Below, in pieces: positions 50,712 to 59,929 of a DNA stretch of 64,000 nucleotides (positions within the stretch are counted from its first letter, which is position 1; each line of letters opens with the position of its first letter). The notes under the pieces were generated by a model. That model was given only the letters and a program-made list of their open reading frames with translations. It made no database searches and had not been told where the DNA came from. The stretch spans positions 755,673 through 819,672 of the forward strand of contig CAVQBH010000009.1 of the NCBI GenBank assembly GCA_963710685.1. The letters are read 5' to 3'. The position numbers were made by a program, and so were the translations under genes. The DNA is from an uncultured Methanomassiliicoccales archaeon (GTDB lineage: Archaea > Thermoplasmatota > Thermoplasmata > Methanomassiliicoccales > UBA472).

Positions 50712-51167
50712 TTGGCGGAAGAAGATAAGGACAAGAAGATCGAGGAACTGGCGTCGCGGATCGCCGAGCTCGAGGCCTCGATCCGGCTCATTACCAAACC
50801 GTATGCCGATCTGGTAGAGCATCTGGACCAGGTCCAGGGCATCGTTAACAGGTACTTCGGGCTCTTGGACATGTATCAGACGCACGGCGGGATATCCATC
50901 GACATGATCATTCCCAACGTCAAGGACCCCATCTCCAAGGAGATCGTCCGGGTTCTGCTGGACCATCCTCGCCTCAACATCAGCCAGCTTGCTGATGAGC
51001 TCAAGAAGCGGCTGGGGAGCTCGTCCCGGCGCATCGTACGGTCCAAATTACTGGTCCTGGTCGAACAGGGTATCGTGGTGGACGATCTAGAGGGCAAAGT
51101 GAAAACGTACAGCGTATCGAGCACGGTGATCAAAAAGTGGTCACAAGTGCTCGGTCTGACCAAATAG
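50712..51167 (+). CDS. coiled-coil plus winged-helix DNA-binding protein (ArsR/MarR-like fold)
   Basis: 151-aa ORF with a TTG start. The C-terminal half, ISKEIVRVLLDHPRLNISQLADELKKRLGSSSRRIVRSKLLVLVEQGIV, looks wHTH-like. Confidence 0.6.
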   Translation: MAEEDKDKKIEELASRIAELEASIRLITKPYADLVEHLDQVQGIVNRYFGLLDMYQTHGGISIDMIIPNVKDPISKEIVRVLLDHPRLNISQLADELKKRLGSSSRRIVRSKLLVLVEQGIVVDDLEGKVKTYSVSSTVIKKWSQVLGLTK

Positions 51168-51221
51168 AGTGTCCACGCAATATCTACCTAGGAAGTAAAC
51201 AAATCACAAGGAGACGATGAA

Positions 51222-51533
51222 ATGAGCAACGAACACCACCAAATACCTACCGAGGAAGAGCTGAGAGGAATATTCAAGGTCCTGGGAGAGGAAGTGCCCG
51301 GCCTGTTGGAGAAACTCACAAAGATACTATACGGGGTCAAGGAGAGCGAGGACTTCGGAAAGGCCGTCGGGAACTTCTACAAAGCCCTCAAGGACGCCGG
51401 GATGAGCAATGAACAGGCATTCCAGCTAACCCAGGAGTACATGGGCAACCTGAACATTGGCAAGGCCTTCGGCGGCTGGGGAAGGCAGATGCAGAGGATG
51501 GGAGAGAAGGAAAAATCGGATCCAATGGAGTGA
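51222..51533 (+). CDS. hypothetical small helical protein (103 aa)
   Basis: A good Shine-Dalgarno (AGGAGA) lies 7 nt upstream of the ATG. It contains the motif FYKALKDAGMSNEQAFQLTQEY shared with the next ORF. Confidence 0.55.
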   Translation: MSNEHHQIPTEEELRGIFKVLGEEVPGLLEKLTKILYGVKESEDFGKAVGNFYKALKDAGMSNEQAFQLTQEYMGNLNIGKAFGGWGRQMQRMGEKEKSDPME

Positions 51534-51562
51534 CCTCTCTTAATGGATCATAGGTGAGTTGA

Positions 51563-51817
51563 ATGGTCACATTGAATCGCCGGGCAATGGCCGTCACGGC
51601 CGTCCAGGCCCCGGTATTGATTTTCCGGGTCGGCATTCAGTACCTTCGCATCAAGCGATCCGTCAATAGGGCCAGGGGTAGATTCTATTCGGAACTTATC
51701 CAGGGCGGCGTTCCAAAGCCCCAGGCAAAGGAATTGGCAGATCAATATGTATCGGCGGTGAGTCTCCGGTCGACGATGCAGGCCGTTCGGTCGACCGCGA
51801 TTCTGGGCCGGCGCTGA
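51563..51817 (+). CDS. hypothetical small basic protein (84 aa)
   Basis: ATG start. It contains FYSELIQGGVPKPQAKELADQY, which matches the motif of the preceding ORF. Coding status is uncertain. Confidence 0.35.
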   Translation: MVTLNRRAMAVTAVQAPVLIFRVGIQYLRIKRSVNRARGRFYSELIQGGVPKPQAKELADQYVSAVSLRSTMQAVRSTAILGRR

Positions 51818-51932
51818 ATAGGATGCAAGATCTCATCGTTGAACATTGACGGTCAGTGTAGAGCCCATCTGTTGAACAGACGGCTCTATGGCACCATGCT
51901 CATCGGCAACAAATCAAACTGGAGCGGGAACA

Positions 51933-52859
51933 ATGGTTGAAATCGTAATCGAAGTTAAAGATCTCATCAAAAAGTACGGCGAACTAAGCGCCGTTGACGG
52001 CATAAGTTTCGAGGTCCATGGTGGTGAGGTATTCTCGATATTGGGCCCCAACGGTGCCGGGAAAACCACCACCGTCGAGATGATGGAGTGCGTCAGAAAG
52101 CCCACCTCCGGCTCCATCCGGATTATGGGCCATGACATCTACGGCGCGGAAAAGATCATCAAGCAGAGGATAGGTGTCATTCCCCAGGACTTCAGCACCA
52201 ACGACCTATTGACGGTCCAGGAGAGCATCCAGTACTTCGCCGATCTCTACGACCGTTCCGTCCCGGTCGACGATCTGATAAAGGCGGTGAGCCTGGGGGA
52301 GAAGCGGGACGTCTTCTTCAAGAAACTTTCCGGGGGGCTGAAGCAGAGGGTGGGCATAGCCATCTCACTGGTGAACGACCCGGACATCGTTTTCCTAGAC
52401 GAGCCAACGACCGGACTGGACCCCAACGCGAGACGTGAGGTGTGGGACATCATCCAGAATCTCAAGGCCAAAGGAAAGACGGTCATTCTGACGACGCACT
52501 ACATGGAAGAGGCCGAGGTTCTCTCGGACAGGATCGCGATCATGAACCGCGGTCGGTTCATGGCCTATGGGACGCCAAAGGAGATCATAGGGCGATTCGG
52601 CGGCGGTTCTGTTTGTGTCATAAAGGGGGCTTCAACGGCAGCGCACGATGCCGTCTCCTCCCTCGATATCCCCTGCAGGCTTTGCAATGGTGACCTTATC
52701 GTCCAAGCCGCCGATCGATCGGTCCTTCCGAACGTGGTCCGCGCCCTGGGGTCCAGCCAAGCCTCCTACGATGAGCTGCTGGTACAGAGATCGACATTGG
52801 AGGACGTCTTCCTCAGATTGACCGGGCGCAGGCTCGACGAGACGGAGGGGAAAGTATGA
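51933..52859 (+). CDS. ABC transporter ATP-binding protein (ABC-2 type)
   Basis: Walker A GPNGAGKTT, signature LSGGLKQR and Walker B IVFLDEPT. The start was chosen at MVEIVIEVKDL. Confidence 0.9.
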   Translation: MVEIVIEVKDLIKKYGELSAVDGISFEVHGGEVFSILGPNGAGKTTTVEMMECVRKPTSGSIRIMGHDIYGAEKIIKQRIGVIPQDFSTNDLLTVQESIQYFADLYDRSVPVDDLIKAVSLGEKRDVFFKKLSGGLKQRVGIAISLVNDPDIVFLDEPTTGLDPNARREVWDIIQNLKAKGKTVILTTHYMEEAEVLSDRIAIMNRGRFMAYGTPKEIIGRFGGGSVCVIKGASTAAHDAVSSLDIPCRLCNGDLIVQAADRSVLPNVVRALGSSQASYDELLVQRSTLEDVFLRLTGRRLDETEGKV

Positions 52860-53956
52860 AGGGACATCCGGTGATCACCGATGCGGTGGCGACCCTGAAG
52901 GTGTTCTCCCGGAGAAGGATGAACATCGTCTGGATGGCGGCATTCCCTATATTCCTCATCATAATTTTTGGGGCGATCTTCTCCGGCGCCGGGAGCGCCT
53001 CCTACGTCATCTATGTGCAGGACCAGGACGGAACGGCGACCTCCAGCCAATTCATCGATGCCATGAACCAGACCCACGCCCTGGACATCAGAACGGTGGG
53101 TCTGGGGGTCGACGCCTCCCAGTTCATCAAGGACGGGTCTGTCACCAGTTTCATGATCATCCCCAAAGGGTTCGAAAGCTCGTTGAACGAAGCAAACGGG
53201 ACCGCGAGCATAGAACTCCGTTCGGATGGGTCTTCCACATCGGCAAAGACGGTGCAGGGCATAGTCGGTGCGGTGGCCAACGATTTCAATCTTGCCCGGG
53301 CGCAGGGCCATCAATACGTGACCATCGCTCCAGCGAGCATCGTCCAGACCAACTTCGGTTACATCGACTTCCTCATCCCGGGGGTGATGGGCCTGATTAT
53401 AATGACTAATTCGATCTTCTACATAAGTGGGATCTGGATGCAGGGCAAGCGCAACGGCCTCTTCAAGAAGCTGGTGACCACCCCGATGACCAAAGGACAG
53501 TGGCTCACCTCCAAGATACTGTGCGGACTGGTGATGATCTTCATTTCCATCACCATCATCATGCTGGCAGGCATCCTGATCTATGGGATGAAAATATCCA
53601 TCACCCCGATGGCCGTGGCCATCATCGTGGCGAGCACCGCCCTCTTTGCCGGTCTGGGCCTGTTGCTCACCCGGTTCTCCAAGAGCGAGGAGACATCCAA
53701 CATGGCCATCTCCGCCATTACGATGCCCATGATGTTCCTGGGCGGGACGTTCCTCCCGCTGGAGCAGATGCCTTCATACCTGCGGGCGATCGCCAGTGTC
53801 ATGCCCCTCACGTACATCAACAATGGATTGAGGGACTCGATGATCTATGGAAACGATGCGGCGGCGTTGGTCTGCCTGGCCGGGATAGCGGTCCTGGGCG
53901 TCATCTTCTTTGTGGCCGGGGTGGGGCTAAGCACCTGGAAGGAGGATGGCGAGTGA
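52856..53956 (+). CDS. ABC-2 type transporter permease
   Basis: 366-aa ORF overlapping the ATPase stop by 4 nt. It has one N-terminal TM, a large loop and a C-terminal polytopic region. Confidence 0.8.
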   Translation: MKGHPVITDAVATLKVFSRRRMNIVWMAAFPIFLIIIFGAIFSGAGSASYVIYVQDQDGTATSSQFIDAMNQTHALDIRTVGLGVDASQFIKDGSVTSFMIIPKGFESSLNEANGTASIELRSDGSSTSAKTVQGIVGAVANDFNLARAQGHQYVTIAPASIVQTNFGYIDFLIPGVMGLIIMTNSIFYISGIWMQGKRNGLFKKLVTTPMTKGQWLTSKILCGLVMIFISITIIMLAGILIYGMKISITPMAVAIIVASTALFAGLGLLLTRFSKSEETSNMAISAITMPMMFLGGTFLPLEQMPSYLRAIASVMPLTYINNGLRDSMIYGNDAAALVCLAGIAVLGVIFFVAGVGLSTWKEDGE

Positions 53957-54070
53957 GCTCGCCGAGCCTTTAAAACGAAAATTGAACGGAATCTCGCTTT
54001 CAAACCTTTTTCTCGTTCATGTATTTTTAAGCATTGACCTGGGGCCACGTCGTAATGTTGCGGTCCCGGT

Positions 54071-54763
54071 TCAATCGTGGGTACACTGACCTTTGTCCAG
54101 TGACAATTTCAGCCCGTTGATTATCACTTGTAGGCCCCAATCGAACTGCTCTTCCCCGGTCAGCTCTTTCCGGTGGTCCATGATGTCTTCTATCATCTTC
54201 CACTCGGGATATACCTTGGACCTCGTGGCCACCGCCTTGTGCAAGGGAACGGTATCAGATTCAGGGGGCAGTTCCTGTTCCTCGATCACGTATCCCCAGA
54301 CGTAGTTGGTGACCGTCTCCGAGGCCAGGCTGGCATGCAGGATGTCGAACCCCGCCCCATACAATACCTGGGTCGATGTGGTTTTGAGCCTGACCATGGC
54401 GTTGGAACGGAAGGATGCCCCGGCGACGATGCGAGCTCCTTCCCGATGCGAAAGCATGGCCCGGCGCAGGGAATGCGCGGTCTGGGTCAACCACCCGGCC
54501 CAAGCGGAAGCGTCCTTGGGCACGGTCAGGTCCTCGAAGCCCCCGTCCTTCAGGATGGCCTGTGCCATATCCTCGATGATGTCCGATTTGTCCTTGAAAT
54601 GCCAGTACAGGGCCGGGGCCTGAACGCCGAGCTTGGATGCGATCTGACGCAGTGTGACGCGTTCCAGTCCCTCCGCATCCAGTATCTCAAGGCCTGCCCT
54701 CACAACCGCCTCAGGCTCTATGCGGGGGCTCTTCGGGTTCGGTCGTTCCCTCATCATAAGCAC
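54071..54763 (-). CDS. TetR-family transcriptional regulator
   Basis: N-terminal HTH VTLRQIASKLGVQAPALYWHFKDK. It is divergent from an ABC exporter. The start is GTG 54763 or ATG 54757. Confidence 0.88.
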   Translation of the reverse strand: MLMMRERPNPKSPRIEPEAVVRAGLEILDAEGLERVTLRQIASKLGVQAPALYWHFKDKSDIIEDMAQAILKDGGFEDLTVPKDASAWAGWLTQTAHSLRRAMLSHREGARIVAGASFRSNAMVRLKTTSTQVLYGAGFDILHASLASETVTNYVWGYVIEEQELPPESDTVPLHKAVATRSKVYPEWKMIEDIMDHRKELTGEEQFDWGLQVIINGLKLSLDKGQCTHD

Positions 54764-54807
54764 ATGGATGGAAAAGTATATAAATTGAACATCGATAAGG
54801 TAATTTA

Positions 54808-55821
54808 ATGATGTTAAATCAGATTAATAATGTTAAACCAGAAACAGCGAGCAATGAGGAAGAGACCGTTCAGCCCGTGATACGGGTGGAAGGTTTGGTA
54901 AAGCGTTATCGTAATTCTGAAAAAGCGGCCGTCGACGGCGTGAACTTCGATGTGTACCCAGGCGAGTTCTTCGCTTTCCTGGGGCCGAACGGGGCCGGAA
55001 AGACCACCACGATCTCGATCATGACTACCACTCTGGCGAAGACGAGCGGGGTGGTCGTGATTGCCGGCTACGACATGAACGAGGACCAGAAAGAGATCCG
55101 TCAGAACATCGGGATCGTGTTTCAGAATCCGAGCCTGGACGCCGATCTGACGGCAGAGGAGAACATACGGTTCCACGTGAGCCTGTATGGGATCTACCAG
55201 TACCGGCCAAGTTTCCGCCTGATGCCCAAGGAATACCAGGATAGGGTCATGGAGCTGGCCAGGGTCCTGGGAATGGACCAGGACGTCTTCAAACTGGTCA
55301 AGACCTTCTCCGGCGGCATGAAACGGAAGCTGGAGATCATCCGCAGCCTCATGCACAAACCCAAGGTGCTGTTCCTGGACGAACCGACGCAGGGATTGGA
55401 CGCCCTCAGCCGAAGGTCCCTGTGGCAATACCTTCGGAAGGTGCACAAGGACGAGAACATGACCATATTCCTCACCACCCATTACATCGAAGAGGCGGAG
55501 GGGGCGGATAGAATTTGCATCGTGAACCATGGTAAGGTCCTCTTCAACGGGACACCGGGGGCGATGAAGGACCTCATGATCGATAGATACCTGGTGGTGG
55601 ACGCCGAGGACAGGGCGACCCTGATGGCGAATCTTGCCGGTTTCGACCCAAAGGTGACGGAGGATGGTAGCCTAAAGATCATGTTCAGCGAGAGGACACC
55701 CCAGAAGATCCTCTCCCAGATCGAGGTCCCGCTGTCGCTGATGCGCATGCACGTGCCATCGTTGGAAGAGGCGTACATCGATCTCGTGAGCAATGACGCC
55801 GATGAAGGGGAGGCCTGCTGA
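54808..55821 (+). CDS. ABC transporter ATP-binding protein (DrrA-like)
   Basis: Walker A GPNGAGKTT, signature FSGGMKRK and Walker B VLFLDEPT. Confidence 0.9.
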   Translation: MMLNQINNVKPETASNEEETVQPVIRVEGLVKRYRNSEKAAVDGVNFDVYPGEFFAFLGPNGAGKTTTISIMTTTLAKTSGVVVIAGYDMNEDQKEIRQNIGIVFQNPSLDADLTAEENIRFHVSLYGIYQYRPSFRLMPKEYQDRVMELARVLGMDQDVFKLVKTFSGGMKRKLEIIRSLMHKPKVLFLDEPTQGLDALSRRSLWQYLRKVHKDENMTIFLTTHYIEEAEGADRICIVNHGKVLFNGTPGAMKDLMIDRYLVVDAEDRATLMANLAGFDPKVTEDGSLKIMFSERTPQKILSQIEVPLSLMRMHVPSLEEAYIDLVSNDADEGEAC

Positions 55822-56615
55822 TGTCGCTCCGTAGGGAAATTAACGCGGTGCTGGCCATCTGCGGCCGTGATATAGTCCGATTCTTCAGGGCCTGGAAGAG
55901 CAACATCGGCATGAGCTTTCTCTTCCCCGCCATCTTCCTGGGGATCTTCGGCAGCACCATCGGACAGAACCTGGGAGGCGGACTTCCGTTCGATTATATG
56001 CAGTTCGTCCTGCTGGGCATGGTCGCCAGCATGGCCCTCATGTTCACGGCCAACCTGGTGACGACGCTGGTGGAGGAACGGGAGACCGGTTTCACGCAGG
56101 AGATATTCGTTTCACCGGTTTCGAGATACTCGATACTCATCGGAAAGATCCTGGGAGCAAGCATCAACAGCCTGGTTATCGTGGCCACCACCATCATGGT
56201 CGGTATCATTATCGGGATCCAGATCAGCGTGGTAGGGATCGGTCTAATCCTGCTCGTCATCCCGGTCGTGTTCCTGATGGGCGGTGCCTTCGGGGTCATG
56301 GTGAGCGGCCTCTTCAACGCCAGCCCCCGGACGGCCGGGCAGGCGGTGATGCTAGTGATGTTCCCCCAGATGTTCCTTTCCGGAGCCATCATACCGATCG
56401 GGAACTCGACAGGATGGGTCGATGTGCTGGTCCATCTGATGCCCGCAACCTACGCCGTGGACCTCATGAGGGGTGTCTTCTACTGGGGAACACCAACCTA
56501 TGGCCGGGTCGTCCTGTATGACCCGCTGCTCGATCTTTCGATCACGGTGGCGGTTTCGATCGCCCTCTTCGTCATCGGCACCTTCTTCTTCGCTCGCAGC
56601 GAGAGGGAGAGATGA
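55821..56615 (+). CDS. ABC-2 type transporter permease
   Basis: 264-aa polytopic ORF whose ATG overlaps the ATPase stop. Confidence 0.8.
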   Translation: MSLRREINAVLAICGRDIVRFFRAWKSNIGMSFLFPAIFLGIFGSTIGQNLGGGLPFDYMQFVLLGMVASMALMFTANLVTTLVEERETGFTQEIFVSPVSRYSILIGKILGASINSLVIVATTIMVGIIIGIQISVVGIGLILLVIPVVFLMGGAFGVMVSGLFNASPRTAGQAVMLVMFPQMFLSGAIIPIGNSTGWVDVLVHLMPATYAVDLMRGVFYWGTPTYGRVVLYDPLLDLSITVAVSIALFVIGTFFFARSERER

Positions 56616-57201
56616 TACGACCGCAGGTCATAGGACTAGGTTTCTGAAGCTGGAAGGGTTGCCAAAACCGCTCTGGGTGTGACGTCATCCACCTTTTTTC
56701 CCCTATGGACCTGTTGTAAGCCCTCGACAAACGTAATCGTGTGGTTCCAGACTTTAATAAAATAAGGATCTTGATAGTCGGTCAAGGCAAGGTGCAGAAG
56801 GCATCGTTGGCCCCAAGGTTAAAGGAAAAGAATTCACGTCGGTCGATGCCAGTGTCGGGCAAGTCGATCCATAGAGCTTGCAGAGTGCATTGCAGCGGCC
56901 CTCTCAGTGGCGTTTCCTGTAACTGTATTTATTTCTGATGTGCCTATCAAAATAAGACCCTTTGGATTGGGCGACCATCAGTGCTATGTATTCTGAGAAC
57001 GGAACTCCTTCGTATTGGTATACACCTCCATCCCGGAATTGAACCTCGAGTATGAGGGCGGCTTCATCATATCCGACGGTCAAGAGACTGCTGGACTGAA
57101 CGTACTTTCGGTGCGTGATGAAAACGATGGGACCGCATCGTTTAAGAAATCAGCGCATCCAATATAAATATTATTTATGTTGCAAATATAGATGCACTCG
57201 T

Positions 57202-57852
57202 CTATCCCGCGGCCCGGTGGCGGCCAGACCATGCGAGCAGATTGACCCCAGCATGCAGTCGCTCCCAATCTTCCTGCCACGGCTCGGTCAGATAACCGAA
57301 GACCTTCTGCGCCCCCATGAGCGCCTCGATAAGACGTTCCCGGTCGACCGCGTCCGTCTCCACCCTGACCTGGCCCCAGGCAAGGTGAAGCACCACCTCA
57401 ACCCCGGTGGCCTCGGTCACCCAGCGCAGGATTATCTGGTTGCCGTCATCCCTGATGCCCTGCCAGCGCAGGTTGTGGAACCAGCGGCCCTCCAGGTGGT
57501 GGGCCATGGTCTTGGGGCTCAGGTCCCCCGGGAGAAATGATTGCAGGATTGTGCTGTAAGCCTTGGGCGGCTCGGTCAGCCACCGTTGGGCCAAGAACGA
57601 CCCTTTGTGGGTCAGCACATACCCATTCGAGGTGTGCTGAACGTAGCCATCCTCTTCCAGCCGATGCAGTGCCCGGGAGAGCTTTTCTTGGTGAATGTTC
57701 AAGCTGCGCCGGAGGCCCTGGAAGGCCATGGTCCCTCCGTCCGCCTCCAGGGTTCGGATGATGCCCTGGTCGGGCTCCTGGATCGTCAGGACCTCAGGCT
57801 CTTCCGAGGCCTTTCGTTCTGACGCCTTGCGTTCCGTGGTCGCTGTGGTCAT
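57202..57852 (-). CDS. winged-helix DNA-binding protein with uncharacterised C-terminal domain
   Basis: The region MAFQGLRRSLNIHQEKLSRALHRLEEDGYVQHTSNGYVLT looks wHTH-like. ATG 57852 was chosen as the start. Confidence 0.6.
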   Translation of the reverse strand: MTTATTERKASERKASEEPEVLTIQEPDQGIIRTLEADGGTMAFQGLRRSLNIHQEKLSRALHRLEEDGYVQHTSNGYVLTHKGSFLAQRWLTEPPKAYSTILQSFLPGDLSPKTMAHHLEGRWFHNLRWQGIRDDGNQIILRWVTEATGVEVVLHLAWGQVRVETDAVDRERLIEALMGAQKVFGYLTEPWQEDWERLHAGVNLLAWSGRHRAAG

Positions 57853-57985
57853 ATGCTTGAACTCCACCAAACCTCTCCATCGCAAAAAGGTTTGTCGTTA
57901 AAGCTTCGCATCACAAGGACGGCCGGTATGGCCCCGTCCCCTTCCAGGAGGAGGGAGCTGGAAGGGGGACCAAGGGTCCCTGGGT

Positions 57986-58921
57986 CTAATAGGGGCGGGT
58001 CCCGAGGGTGACATGAACCTCCTCCGTCCTTCCGTTCCGTCTCATCTTCGCGGCGATCTCTTGCCCAGAACTCATACCATTGAGCGTGGTCAAGAGATCG
58101 GAAACGCAGCCCACGTGCTCGTCGTCCAGACCAAGCAGGACATCGCCCAGCTTCAGGCCCGCCCCTTCGGCTGGCCCATTGGGCAGGACCTCGGCCACGA
58201 ACACCCCGTCATTGTCAGGCAGCTGAAATTGATATGCGAGAGGCGGCGTGATGTCGTAGGCTGTGATCCCCAGCCACGACCTCTGGACCTTGCCGTGCTT
58301 GATGATCTGCTCGGCGATGCCATTGGCCATGTTGATCGGGATGGCCAGGCTCATTCCCTCAGCGAAAGGCGCCCGGGTGGCGTTAATCGCAACGACCATT
58401 CCGTCAAGGTTCACCAGAGGTCCGCCGCCGTTGCCCGGGTTGACCGACGCATCGGTCGCGAGGATCGCCATTTCGCTCTGCCCCATGAACGGGCCTCGCG
58501 GGATGAAGCTGATCACGCCGGAGGTGACAACCGGTCCTCCGGGAAGACCTAGGGGATTGCCCATGGCCAATATCGGCTGCCCAGTCCTCAGCTTGTCTGA
58601 ATCGCCCAGCTCGGCCGGGACCAGCTCGTCCGATTCGATCTTGATCACCGCGATGTCCGTGCGCTGATCCTGACCGACGACCCTACCGCTGAACAGATGG
58701 CCGTTGTTCAAAATCACCGTGAAATTCTCCATCTGGGACACCGCGTGATGGCTCGTTAGGACGTATCCTTCCTTGTCCAGAACGATTCCAGAGGTCAGAC
58801 CCATCCTCCCGGAGGGTCCGCAGCAAGACCTCCTTGGGGAGACTCCCGCCCGCACGCTCACAATGCTGGCGCTGGCCTTTTCTACGGCCTTGACATATCT
58901 TTCTTCGATCTCCGTCATCAT
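57986..58921 (-). CDS. HtrA/DegP-like trypsin-fold plus PDZ protein, catalytic Ser replaced by Gly
   Basis: His region YVLTSHHAV, Asp region TDIAVIKI, and the nucleophile motif reads NPGNGGGPL instead of GNSGGP (GGC codon at 58427-58429). The C-terminus is PDZ-like. There is no N-terminal signal or TM segment. Confidence 0.85.
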   Translation of the reverse strand: MMTEIEERYVKAVEKASASIVSVRAGVSPRRSCCGPSGRMGLTSGIVLDKEGYVLTSHHAVSQMENFTVILNNGHLFSGRVVGQDQRTDIAVIKIESDELVPAELGDSDKLRTGQPILAMGNPLGLPGGPVVTSGVISFIPRGPFMGQSEMAILATDASVNPGNGGGPLVNLDGMVVAINATRAPFAEGMSLAIPINMANGIAEQIIKHGKVQRSWLGITAYDITPPLAYQFQLPDNDGVFVAEVLPNGPAEGAGLKLGDVLLGLDDEHVGCVSDLLTTLNGMSSGQEIAAKMRRNGRTEEVHVTLGTRPY

Positions 58922-59185
58922 ATCGATCGGCAGAACATGGGCGCATGCGGATATGTTGACCAGGTCGGCCCGGGCCCGGTCACAACCCGCCGAAGCTCCG
59001 ATGGGAAACGCCTGGGAAAGTTCGGCCCCAGGTGTTCGTTCTAGCGTTCAGAAAGTCAGCAGCCAAAATAGTAAATAGGAGGCGCTAGGACTCGATGAAC
59101 ATGAGCGAAGATATTTGGAACCATCTTGTTTACCTCACTGGCAATGTCAATGAAATTATGAAAAACTGCCTCGGAGGGCTGGCCC

Positions 59186-59830
59186 ATGAGTGAGGAAACG
59201 GACACTAGCTTTCCGGTGCTGGGAGAACCTGCCCCGGACTTTGAGGCCGAGACCACCCAGGGTCCAATTAGACTCTCTGACCTAAAGGGGAAGTGGGTGG
59301 TGTTGTTCTCACATCCCGCCGATTTCACCCCGGTCTGCACAACGGAGTTCATTGCCTTTGCGGGGATCCACGATGAACTAGCGGAGCTCAATGTCAAACT
59401 GATCGGGTTGTCGATCGACAGTATTTCATCCCATCTAGCATGGGTGCACAACATCAAGGAAAAGATGGGCGTCACCATCCCGTTCCCGATCATCGCCGAC
59501 CTGAACATGAAGGTGGCCAAGAAGTATGGCATGATCCACCAGGGGCAGAGCTCGACGGTGACGGTCAGATGTGTGTTCTTCATCGATGACAAGGGCGTAA
59601 TGAGGGCGATGATCTATTACCCCCTGCAAAACGGGAGGTTCATGCCGGAGATCATCAGGCTCGCAAAGGCTCTTCAGACGACAGACCAGTACAAAGTGTC
59701 GACACCTGCCAACTGGCAGCCGGGGGATAGGGTCGTCGTGGCCCCGCCCAAGACCATCGCCGAACTGGACAAACGCCTGGGCGAAGGATACGAGTGCAAA
59801 GACTGGTACCTCTGCTATAAGAAGATCTGA
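59186..59830 (+). CDS. peroxiredoxin (Prx6/1-Cys-like)
   Basis: HPADFTPVCTTEF peroxidatic Cys motif over a 214-aa ORF. Confidence 0.92.
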   Translation: MSEETDTSFPVLGEPAPDFEAETTQGPIRLSDLKGKWVVLFSHPADFTPVCTTEFIAFAGIHDELAELNVKLIGLSIDSISSHLAWVHNIKEKMGVTIPFPIIADLNMKVAKKYGMIHQGQSSTVTVRCVFFIDDKGVMRAMIYYPLQNGRFMPEIIRLAKALQTTDQYKVSTPANWQPGDRVVVAPPKTIAELDKRLGEGYECKDWYLCYKKI

Positions 59831-59929
59831 TGGGGATTCAAAGGCGGATGGGCATATCGCCAGATTCAGGTTCCGAAAACCAAATTGAATGATTTGGAGC
59901 GGCTAGACACGCCTGACTTTGGCGCGCTC

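Noticed and set aside
57113-57160. A GTGATGA (C-box-like) sequence in the large spacer, considered as a possible C/D box sRNA.
   Set aside because: No D/D' CTGA boxes occur at the required spacing and there is no terminal stem.
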